Virus genome (UHGV): UHGV-0383223
Length of the DNA stretch: 6,098 bases
Source of the DNA: a virus
Reading direction: 5' to 3' (one strand)
The notes beneath the pieces were generated by a model. That model had not been told where the DNA came from. It did not search any database and worked only from the letters and a program-made list of their open reading frames with translations. Position 1 is the stretch's first letter; every line of letters begins with the position of its first letter. The translations under genes were made by a program, and so were the position numbers. This document shows positions 1 to 5,788 of this stretch, one piece after another.

Positions 1-11
1 GGAACCTACTG
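1..11. repeat. Left arm (GGAACCTACTG) of an 11-bp perfect inverted repeat whose partner lies at 6080-6090
   Basis: This is an exact reverse complement of CAGTAGGTTCC at 6080-6090. If the ends are joined, the arms flank the 8-nt loop TTGTGTTT. Confidence 0.6.
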
Positions 12-62
12 TTTAGTACTTACTGATTACTAGACTTTCGCGAATAGTTGGAGGTGTGCCCT

Positions 63-1463
63 ATGTCCGTATACTCTAGGCGGTTCTTTTCAGCCCTCAT
101 TGTTCTTGTCATATCATTACTATATATTTTTAATTCGTTTGCGTCAACGGCTGGTTCCGCCACTCCTTCTGATGCAACCCAAGTCAAGGATAAACAATTT
201 GATATTGCTACATCCAGTAATGCAACGCCTTTAGATGACTTTATGGAATCAGATGGTTTTGATATGTTGGATGTTCCTATGCTTATGGCTTCAGGTGAAT
301 CTGATTTGCCTACTGTTACTAATACTGTTGATTATTCTGACTTACAATTGGCCTTGCGTTATTATGATATGAGTAATGCTGTTAAATATGTTTTGGTTCG
401 TTTTAATTCATCTCGTTACGCAACAATGTCGTTACCTTCTGATTGTGCGAAGCCTGACCGTTTTTATATTCGTGTCATGAAAGGTTCTTTGCCTTCTAGT
501 GGCCGTTATCGTGTTGAGGTCCGTTTTTCTTCTAATACCGGAGTTGAATATAAAGCAAATTCATTTTATATGCTCTCTCAAAAAGATAATTTAAATGCTA
601 CTTCTGACCGTTCAAGTATATCTGATGGTACTTTTATGGATTTCTCAGGTGACTGGTATTATTCAACGGTGATTGAACTTGGCAATATTGCATTTTTAGA
701 GTTTGGCCCTGTATTGAAAAACCCTTCTAACTCTGTTTTTCCTTATGGTGGTTATGTTTCTGTTAATTTTACAAAAACATCTGATACGCCAGCTTATACA
801 ACTGCTGGTGGTTCGTATACAAGTGATAATGCTACTCAGGATATTGCAAATAATACGGCACAGCAGGTTGAACAAGGGGACACTATCATTGAATTAATCA
901 AAAATACGATACAGACGATTAGTTCACAATTGACGGCTTTCTGGAATCAGTTGGCTGGGGAATTTACCAATCTTTATGCAAAGATGACCCAGCAACATTC
1001 CGAACAGTTACAGGCTGATAGGGATAACACGGATGATATTATAGCTACTGATGATGCCAATACCAATAAGGTCACTACTGCTATTGAATCCCATGGAAAT
1101 TTTATCATTGAGGGTTTGAAGAAACTTTTCATTCCCTCAGACGAATATTTTAAGGCTTATTTTGATGACCTCTATAGCTGGTTCAGTGAAAGGTTTGGGT
1201 TCCTCTCCTTCCCTATTGATTTACTATTGGAGGTCATTGATATTTTTGTTAATTCATCCCAGACAGATTGTGTGCTGGTACTCCCCTCTTTCACTATCAT
1301 GGAAAATCTGTTATGGCCTGAGATGTCGTTTAATCTGACTGAGTTTTTAGATACTAATTTTTCGTTTGTAGTTGTGGCAATCAAGACCGTAACAAGTATC
1401 TATTTAGTGATGGCGTTTGTACAGCTATGTGAGGAAAAATGGAATGAGGTGATGATGAATTGA
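63..1463 (+). CDS. pIII-like minor coat / adsorption protein (467 aa). The ORF track starts at TTG 48; the preferred start is ATG 63.
   Basis: GGAGGTG lies 6 nt upstream of ATG 63. The N-terminus is a signal peptide (MSVYSRRFFSALIVLVISLLYIFNSFA). Ser/Thr/Asp-rich linker-like stretches follow. A C-terminal hydrophobic anchor (FSFVVVAIKTVTSIYLVMAFVQL) is followed by a short tail. This topology matches Ff pIII. The stop overlaps the start of the next gene. Confidence 0.55.
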   Translation: MSVYSRRFFSALIVLVISLLYIFNSFASTAGSATPSDATQVKDKQFDIATSSNATPLDDFMESDGFDMLDVPMLMASGESDLPTVTNTVDYSDLQLALRYYDMSNAVKYVLVRFNSSRYATMSLPSDCAKPDRFYIRVMKGSLPSSGRYRVEVRFSSNTGVEYKANSFYMLSQKDNLNATSDRSSISDGTFMDFSGDWYYSTVIELGNIAFLEFGPVLKNPSNSVFPYGGYVSVNFTKTSDTPAYTTAGGSYTSDNATQDIANNTAQQVEQGDTIIELIKNTIQTISSQLTAFWNQLAGEFTNLYAKMTQQHSEQLQADRDNTDDIIATDDANTNKVTTAIESHGNFIIEGLKKLFIPSDEYFKAYFDDLYSWFSERFGFLSFPIDLLLEVIDIFVNSSQTDCVLVLPSFTIMENLLWPEMSFNLTEFLDTNFSFVVVAIKTVTSIYLVMAFVQLCEEKWNEVMMN

Positions 1464-1732
1464 TTCTGGAAAGTGTGTTTGACCTCTTCTCTTCCGCCCT
1501 GAAACTGATATTTGGATGGATTAACCTTCCGGAGTTGCCAGCGGAGATACAGACGGTAGTGGGTTCTCTCTTTCAATATATGCGCGCTGGTCTTGGGTTT
1601 GTATTTCTGTTCTTTAATATGGATCTGGTGAAAATCATGTTGCCATTCGTGATTGTTGTAGCGAATTTTGAGAAGGTCTATAAGATTGTGATGTATGTGT
1701 TGCGGAAGATTCCTTTCCTTGGGATTGAGTGA
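1460..1732 (+). CDS. pVI-like small hydrophobic virion/assembly protein (90 aa, TTG start)
   Basis: GAGGTGA lies 7 nt upstream of TTG 1460, and the start overlaps the upstream TGA (1461-1463). The protein is very hydrophobic with multiple predicted TM segments. It sits directly after the pIII-like gene, as pVI does in Ff phages. Confidence 0.5.
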   Translation: MILESVFDLFSSALKLIFGWINLPELPAEIQTVVGSLFQYMRAGLGFVFLFFNMDLVKIMLPFVIVVANFEKVYKIVMYVLRKIPFLGIE

Positions 1733-1741
1733 GTGGTTGGC

Positions 1742-1783
1742 ATGGCTGCCGGAACCGCACCAGCGGTGCGGTCCGGTAGCCAT
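1742..1783. promoter_or_regulatory. Long imperfect hairpin in the gVI-rep intergenic region; candidate (+)-origin or packaging-signal element
   Basis: The left arm is ATGGCTGCCGGAACCGCACC, the loop is AGC, and the right arm is GGTGCGGTCCGGTAGCCAT. That gives a stem of about 19 bp with one bulge and one G:T pair. No T-run follows, so it is not an intrinsic terminator. CTTGACA at 1786-1792 comes immediately after it. Confidence 0.5.
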
Positions 1784-1835
1784 TACTTGACAGTATAAAC
1801 ACTTAACACTCATTTTTATAAAAACAGGGGGTCAT

Positions 1836-2663
1836 ATGGAACCATATAATGTGAAGATAATCACTTATCCTGACCTTACTAAACAATACCGTATCTATCA
1901 GAATACGATTGGTAGTGATGATTTAAGTATCCCTGTACGGCCCCGTAATGGGGGTGATCGTAATCCGTTTGATGGTAAAGTGTGTAAGGATATATTGGTT
2001 GATATTAAGGATTATAAGGACCATGTGGATGAGGTGAGTATAAAAAGGACAAAGAAAAAAGTCTATGATTATGCTAAATCAAATGAATGGCAATGGTTTG
2101 TTACTTTTACTTTCAGTCCTGATAAAGTGAATCGATATGATTATGATGAATGTACAAAGTATCTCAGTAAATGGTTTAATAATCTAAAGCGTTCCTCTCC
2201 TGCTCTCTCCTATCTGGTTGTGCCTGAACAACATAAGGATGGTGCATATCATTTTCATGGATTATTTAGTGGGATTAATGAACGTCAGATAGTATGGACT
2301 GGTAAGTATGTTGTCAAGAGGGTCCGGGGACTTAGAAGTAAGTTTGTGCGGACGAAAGAAAAGATATATAAGATAGGCAGTTATAAGTTAGGTTGGATGA
2401 CCGCAACAAGGGTCAGGGAGATGGAAAAGGTCACGTCCTACATAACAAAGTACATCACGAAGGATATGTTAAATGGTCTGCATGGTAGGAAGCGTTATTG
2501 GTGTTCCAGGAATTTGGTTTTGCCTTTGGAAGAGGTTTTTACCCTGGATGCTACAGACCGTTTTATCCTGTCTCAGGAACTGGATGACAGTTCAAGGTTC
2601 AAGAAGGTTTCGCAAGTATGTTATGGGGACATGACCCAATCAGTTAATATATATGAGGTTTGA
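1836..2663 (+). CDS. Rolling-circle replication initiator of the HUH superfamily (phiX174 A / inovirus gpII-type with two catalytic Tyr), 275 aa
   Basis: The three Rep motifs appear in the canonical order. Motif 1 is FVTFTF. Motif 2 is the HUH motif AYHFHGLF. Motif 3 is SYITKYITKD (YxxxY..K). GGGGGT lies upstream of ATG 1836. Confidence 0.85.
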   Translation: MEPYNVKIITYPDLTKQYRIYQNTIGSDDLSIPVRPRNGGDRNPFDGKVCKDILVDIKDYKDHVDEVSIKRTKKKVYDYAKSNEWQWFVTFTFSPDKVNRYDYDECTKYLSKWFNNLKRSSPALSYLVVPEQHKDGAYHFHGLFSGINERQIVWTGKYVVKRVRGLRSKFVRTKEKIYKIGSYKLGWMTATRVREMEKVTSYITKYITKDMLNGLHGRKRYWCSRNLVLPLEEVFTLDATDRFILSQELDDSSRFKKVSQVCYGDMTQSVNIYEV

Positions 2664-2708
2664 TATCAGTGTAGCTTATAAATATTGGTTTGTCAAGGGG
2701 GTGATTTT

Positions 2709-2891
2709 ATGGATTCATTTACATCTTTTGTATCAATGTGTTATATGGCCTGTATGTTCCTGTATCTGACAGGTATGGTATTTGGCTTTTTTATAGGTCT
2801 GCTTTCCAGGTCCCTTTTTAGGGATATCACTTTATTAGTTTCTGAAGCCATTGGAAAGATAAAAAATCGGTCATTATCCAATGAGCTATAA
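2709..2891 (+). CDS. Small hydrophobic membrane protein (60 aa); possible pVII/pIX-like minor coat or assembly peptide
   Basis: AAGGGGGTGA lies 4 nt upstream of ATG 2709. There is an N-terminal TM segment (SFVSMCYMACMFLYLTGMVFGFFIGLL). The ORF track lists a longer TTG-started version from 2685. Its 3' end overlaps a convergent minus-strand gene. Confidence 0.4.
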   Translation: MDSFTSFVSMCYMACMFLYLTGMVFGFFIGLLSRSLFRDITLLVSEAIGKIKNRSLSNEL

Positions 2892-2949
2892 GACCAACGA
2901 GAAATAAACCTAAAAGGCTTAGTATGATTAGGAATATTTTTTGTTTCAT
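2827..2949 (-). CDS. Small hydrophobic peptide (40 aa, MKQKIFLIILSLLGLFLVGLIAHWIMTDFLSFQWLQKLIK), second gene of the minus-strand RHH operon
   Basis: On the minus strand AAGGAGA lies 5-6 nt upstream of ATG (plus coordinates 2947-2949). The peptide has a single TM helix. It is an internal start of the 82-aa ORF 2827..3075, which lacks comparable RBS support. It overlaps the 3' end of the + gene 2709-2891 by 65 nt. Confidence 0.45.
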   Translation of the reverse strand: MKQKIFLIILSLLGLFLVGLIAHWIMTDFLSFQWLQKLIK

Positions 2950-3004
2950 AGTATTCTCCTTCCAGCGGAGCAGCGTATACTGCTCCGTTTTATCATGAGT
3001 TTCT

Positions 3005-3211
3005 TTAACCAGTCCTTGAGATAGATGACTTTTCCAGCTTACCCTTCTGTTCTGCCCGGTTCTGTTGGGCTTCAAAATTTTTGATATAGTTTTCGATTAT
3101 TATACTTCCCATTTGGCTTATGCTTCTTTTGTCTTGTTCTGCTATATCCTTTAATTTTTGATAAATGTTTTCGTCTAATATAATTTGTACTTTGGGTTTT
3201 TTTGTTGGCAT
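3005..3211 (-). CDS. Ribbon-helix-helix (CopG/Arc/MetJ-like) DNA-binding regulator, 68 aa; candidate phage repressor
   Basis: The N-terminus KVQIILDENIYQKLKDIAEQDKRSISQMGSIIIENYIK fits a beta-strand then helix then helix RHH pattern. GAGGAG lies 5 nt upstream of the ATG on the minus strand. It is transcribed divergently from a + strand promoter that is wrapped in inverted repeats. Confidence 0.6.
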   Translation of the reverse strand: MPTKKPKVQIILDENIYQKLKDIAEQDKRSISQMGSIIIENYIKNFEAQQNRAEQKGKLEKSSISRTG

Positions 3212-3228
3212 AATTTCTCCTCAAAAAA

Positions 3229-3304
3229 GGGATTGACGGTTAATCCCCTCATGTGATATACTGAGGGTATTCCAGGGGAGTAACCTTTAATCCCCAAATG
3301 TCAA
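3229..3304 (+). promoter_or_regulatory. Sigma70-type promoter (-35 TTGACG 3233-3238, 18-nt spacer, extended -10 TGaTATACT 3254-3262) embedded in three inverted repeats; candidate operator region for the RHH regulator
   Basis: IR1 is GGGATT(3229-3234)/AATCCC(3242-3247) and brackets the -35. IR2 is CCCTCA(3246-3251)/TGAGGG(3262-3267) and brackets the -10. IR3 is GGGGA(3275-3279)/TCCCC(3291-3295). The direct repeat TTAATCCCC occurs at 3240-3248 and 3287-3295. Confidence 0.6.
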
Positions 3305-3427
3305 AGTGGTTGTTGTAGGTGCATTGGTAACCTTCCGAAAATCTGAGTCATTCCGAATAGGTGTAGGGGTACAACTATTTTACCATGATTTCAGATTTTT
3401 GTATATTACGATTTTGGAGGTGTGAAT

Positions 3428-3550
3428 ATGTGGGTAGTAGAAAACGTGAATGGCGATGGTTCTCTGGTAAAAAAAGAATTTGAGACATACCAGGAGGCAA
3501 AAGCTTACGCAGAGTGGACTTTGGGAACTGTTTGTTATGTGAAAATTTGA
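3428..3550 (+). CDS. Small hydrophilic hypothetical protein (40 aa, MWVVENVNGDGSLVKKEFETYQEAKAYAEWTLGTVCYVKI)
   Basis: GGAGG lies 7 nt upstream of ATG 3428. The ORF is below the size cutoff of the ORF track. It is the first ORF of the transcript from the 3233-3262 promoter. Support is RBS and position only. Confidence 0.35.
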   Translation: MWVVENVNGDGSLVKKEFETYQEAKAYAEWTLGTVCYVKI

Positions 3551-3589
3551 GATTTTAGTAATTAGTTGGATGGTTAAGGAGGTTAAGTC

Positions 3590-3823
3590 ATGAAAGTACA
3601 AGGTGAATTTAAGTTTTTAGGTGTGGAAAAAAGGCAAGGTTTTAAGGACCCGTCCCAGACATTCTATGTTGCCGGCTTTGCCCAGGGATTGGATTCCCTC
3701 CGCTGTTATGTGGATGCGGAGGCATATGGCAGGTATTCCGGTATTGAACCTTATTCCGATGTGACGGCGGAATTAGAATATAACCCGGTATCGGGTAAGG
3801 TTGCACTTGTGGACATTAACTAG
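3590..3823 (+). CDS. gV-like ssDNA-binding protein candidate (77 aa)
   Basis: AAGGAGGT lies 7 nt upstream of ATG 3590. Its size and position immediately upstream of the major coat gene match Ff gV. A short LRCYVDAEAY segment resembles the M13 gV LCYVDLGNEY region, recalled from memory and not verified. Confidence 0.45.
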   Translation: MKVQGEFKFLGVEKRQGFKDPSQTFYVAGFAQGLDSLRCYVDAEAYGRYSGIEPYSDVTAELEYNPVSGKVALVDIN

Positions 3824-3838
3824 AAAGGAGGGTTTAAG

Positions 3839-4126
3839 GTGAAGTTGTATCGGTCTTTGAAAAAGTATGGCACTCTCCCGGTTGCTACTGGTCTTATGGC
3901 AGTTTCATCTTTTCCGGCTTTGGCATCTGAATCCGGCACTGTCACTTCCACGGATTGGGCGCCTATCATCTCGGCTATGACAGGTCAGATTTCTGTATCA
4001 ACTGTGGTCGGTGTGATTGCTACAGCCATTGGCGCCGGCATTGGCCTGGTGTTCATGTGGTGGGGCGGTCGCAAGGCGGTCCGTACCCTTATGGCAGCAT
4101 TCCGTAAAGGTAAGGTGTCCATGTAG
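3839..4126 (+). CDS. gVIII-like major coat protein precursor (95 aa, GTG start)
   Basis: AAAGGAGGG lies 6 nt upstream of GTG 3839. The signal peptide is MKLYRSLKKYGTLPVATGLMAVSSFPALA, with an AxA cleavage site. The mature part has an acidic N-terminus (SESGTVTSTD), a hydrophobic core (VVGVIATAIGAGIGLVFMWW), and a basic C-terminus (RKAVRTLMAAFRKGK). This is the classic inovirus major capsid layout. Confidence 0.8.
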   Translation: MKLYRSLKKYGTLPVATGLMAVSSFPALASESGTVTSTDWAPIISAMTGQISVSTVVGVIATAIGAGIGLVFMWWGGRKAVRTLMAAFRKGKVSM

Positions 4127-4134
4127 CACAGGGT

Positions 4135-4166
4135 TGGGGGTGGCGGTTGCCACTCCCTTTTTTATT
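4135..4166 (+). terminator. Rho-independent terminator after the major coat gene
   Basis: The stem is GGGGGTGGC(4135-4143)/GCCACTCCC(4148-4156), 9 bp with one G:U pair. The loop is GGTT. It is followed by TTTTTTATTT (4157-4166). Its position mirrors the strong terminator after gene VIII in Ff phages. The ATPase RBS follows immediately, which suggests partial read-through. Confidence 0.75.
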
Positions 4167-4177
4167 TGGAGGTTGCC

Positions 4178-4846
4178 ATGTCTTTTAAATGGTATATGGG
4201 TTCCCTGGATATTGGGAATGTGTTTAAGGTCTGGAAGTATAACAAGGAGTTCCGTAAACAGCACCCTGAGTATTTTGACCCGGATGGGATTATCGTGTTC
4301 TGTGGGATGCAGGGTGCTGGTAAGACAATCAGTGCCGTCCAGTATGTACAGAAACTTTGTGAACTGTATCCCCAGGTGAAGGTATGCAGTAACATGGACT
4401 TGAAACTGCCTGAGGGTATTGAGGTATATCCCTGGGATGGTGTCCACTGTTTCACGGATATCAATAACGGTTATGCCGGGGTGATATACCTGATAGATGA
4501 GATACATCTGGAGTTCAATTCGCTTGAGTCGAAAAAGATGGACAGCAATATCTTTACGGTGGTATCCCAGCAGCGCAAACAGCGTAAGCATATTGTCGGC
4601 ACATCCCAGGTATTCAGCAGAATTGCGAAACCCTTCCGGGAGCAGTTTCGCTATGCGGTCGCCTGCCGCACGGTGCTGCGGTGCATTCAAGTTAATGCGT
4701 TGATTGACGCGAAAAATGCCCGGGAGGTTGACGGCGAGGTTGTTGCCAGCAGTATCAAGCGGTTCTTCTGGTTCCACTCCCCTGCGCTGTATGACAGCTA
4801 TGACACTTATGCGGTAATGAACCGGTACCGTCAGGATTGGGGGTGA
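4178..4846 (+). CDS. Zot/pI-like P-loop NTPase (assembly ATPase), N-terminal domain only, 222 aa
   Basis: GGAGG lies 4 nt upstream of ATG 4178; the ORF track starts at TTG 4166. Walker A is GMQGAGKT. Walker B is GVIYLIDEIH. The downstream region (FN..RK..I...Q...CR) resembles the M13 pI region after Walker B, recalled from memory. There is no TM segment and no periplasmic domain. Confidence 0.7.
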   Translation: MSFKWYMGSLDIGNVFKVWKYNKEFRKQHPEYFDPDGIIVFCGMQGAGKTISAVQYVQKLCELYPQVKVCSNMDLKLPEGIEVYPWDGVHCFTDINNGYAGVIYLIDEIHLEFNSLESKKMDSNIFTVVSQQRKQRKHIVGTSQVFSRIAKPFREQFRYAVACRTVLRCIQVNALIDAKNAREVDGEVVASSIKRFFWFHSPALYDSYDTYAVMNRYRQDWG

Positions 4847-4850
4847 TTGG

Positions 4851-4982
4851 ATGCAGGTTGCGATTGGTTTATTTGCGGATGTGATTCGGGAAGCAATGCC
4901 CTATGCAATTGTGTTTGCCCTTGGCCAGCGGGTTGTTACATTGTTCCTTGGGATGGCCTTTAGGGGGGATGTGCGCTTATGA
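4851..4982 (+). CDS. 43-aa hydrophobic peptide (MQVAIGLFADVIREAMPYAIVFALGQRVVTLFLGMAFRGDVRL); possible separate TM partner of the ATPase or a pVII/pIX-like protein
   Basis: GGGGGTGA lies 4 nt upstream of ATG 4851, which is 5 nt after the ATPase stop. Its stop TGA (4980-4982) overlaps ATG 4979 of the next gene. The ORF is not in the ORF track because it is below the size cutoff. Confidence 0.4.
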   Translation: MQVAIGLFADVIREAMPYAIVFALGQRVVTLFLGMAFRGDVRL

Positions 4983-5788
4983 TGTGGAGGAGGATGTATT
5001 GTGTATTACTTTGTCTGGTTCTGTGTGCTCTATACTGTTTTCGGTCTTTTGCGGATGAGTATACGCTCACTGAGGAAGATTTTATGGCTCCTGAGGGATA
5101 TCCTCAGGCTGCGCAGGATGATGTGAATGGGTGGCTTTCCAGCGTCCCTGATGAGGATATGGATTTTGACCAATACCAGCAGATAATGGAGATTCTGTAT
5201 CCTGAACTGGCGGAGGAGGAAGAAAATGAAGATGATATGGATGATACTGAGGACGATGATGACATGGAAGATATTCCTGTTGCTTCTGGTTCTAATGCTC
5301 GCGTTGCTAGTGCTTCTAATGCTGGACGCACAAAAAAGGCCCAGACGGTAGCGAATATTCTGACTGTGAATTCTCCTGTGCTTTATAGTTCGTATACGCC
5401 TTATGATTCGTCCATTTCCACCACAGTGGTGACTTATATGTCCGATGTGCTCCCAAAGCTGGGGAATGTACATTACGTGCTTTTCCGCCATGGTCAATAT
5501 GCTTACCGTCTGGTTTATGCAAAGGATATGGTCTGTAACGGTACTACCTTCACGGCTGAGGATGCGCAGTATGTTGCCTATGATTCCAGGTACTATACCT
5601 GGACTTCCGGGTCGGAAGGTTCCTTCCGGCTCCAGGCCAATAACTATATTGTGTACAGTGACCTTGAGGGTTATCCGATGCTCCAGAGTGAGGCTACCTA
5701 TTATTGGCTGGTCATCTTCTTTGCCGGGGTTGCGTTGCTGTTTGTAATTTACCGCTCCCTGTTCAGTCCGGGCCGTATGCGGATATGA
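4979..5788 (+). CDS. Secreted, C-terminally membrane-anchored acidic protein (269 aa; alternative start ATG 4994 after GGAGGAGG); candidate minor virion or assembly protein
   Basis: The signal peptide is (MMWRR)MYCVLLCLVLCALYCFRSFA. A polyacidic stretch EEEENEDDMDDTEDDDDMED follows. The C-terminal TM is YYWLVIFFAGVALLFVIYRSLF with a short tail. The start is coupled to the upstream stop by ATGA. Confidence 0.55.
   Translation: MMWRRMYCVLLCLVLCALYCFRSFADEYTLTEEDFMAPEGYPQAAQDDVNGWLSSVPDEDMDFDQYQQIMEILYPELAEEEENEDDMDDTEDDDDMEDIPVASGSNARVASASNAGRTKKAQTVANILTVNSPVLYSSYTPYDSSISTTVVTYMSDVLPKLGNVHYVLFRHGQYAYRLVYAKDMVCNGTTFTAEDAQYVAYDSRYYTWTSGSEGSFRLQANNYIVYSDLEGYPMLQSEATYYWLVIFFAGVALLFVIYRSLFSPGRMRI

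Noticed and set aside
48-62. TTG starts given by the ORF track at 48, 2685 and 4166
   Set aside because: Each case has an in-frame ATG a few codons downstream (63, 2709, 4178) with a properly spaced GGAGG-type SD. The upstream TTG would lie on top of or before the SD.
1400-1813. A 137-aa minus-strand ORF opposite the pVI-like gene and the intergenic hairpin; also the 70-aa minus ORF at 1172-1384
   Set aside because: Both are antisense to well-supported + strand genes with strong RBS and coupling. They have no SD and a Cys/His-rich odd composition, so they are likely chance ORFs.
1787-1822. TTGACA (1787-1792) with TATAAA (1817-1822) as a rep promoter
   Set aside because: The spacing is 24 nt, far from the 16-18 nt optimum. 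I retain TTGACA only as part of the candidate nick motif, and the rep promoter remains unassigned.
2827-3075. Full-length 82-aa version of the minus-strand ORF
   Set aside because: Its 5' half overlaps the RHH gene in another frame and has no RBS. The internal ATG (2949) has a near-perfect AAGGAGA RBS, so only the 40-aa peptide is called.
3380-3601. A 73-aa minus-strand ORF crossing the leader, the 40-aa ORF and the gV RBS
   Set aside because: It has no RBS, is antisense to a strongly signalled + strand region, and is AT-rich with Ile/Phe/Asn bias typical of noise.
4017-4703. Overlapping alternative-frame ORFs 4017-4379 (+), 4162-4464 (-) and 4497-4703 (+)
   Set aside because: They lie inside the Walker-motif-bearing ATPase reading frame, which is clearly the real one. 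They have no RBSs and are rich in Cys/Arg/Ser, a frame-shift artefact composition.
3998-4777. A 259-aa ORF on the minus strand, antisense to the entire ATPase gene and the 3' end of the coat gene
   Set aside because: It has no RBS, an Arg/Leu/His-rich low-complexity composition typical of antisense frames of GC-richer genes, and it runs through the terminator hairpin. It is treated as spurious, though a long stop-free antisense frame is noted.
5030-5747. ORFs 5030-5497 (-), 5104-5331 (-), 5316-5522 (-) and 5445-5747 (+) inside the 269-aa gene
   Set aside because: They come from the low-complexity GAT/GAG-rich acidic-repeat region read in other frames. The poly-Ser and poly-Ile products lack RBSs.
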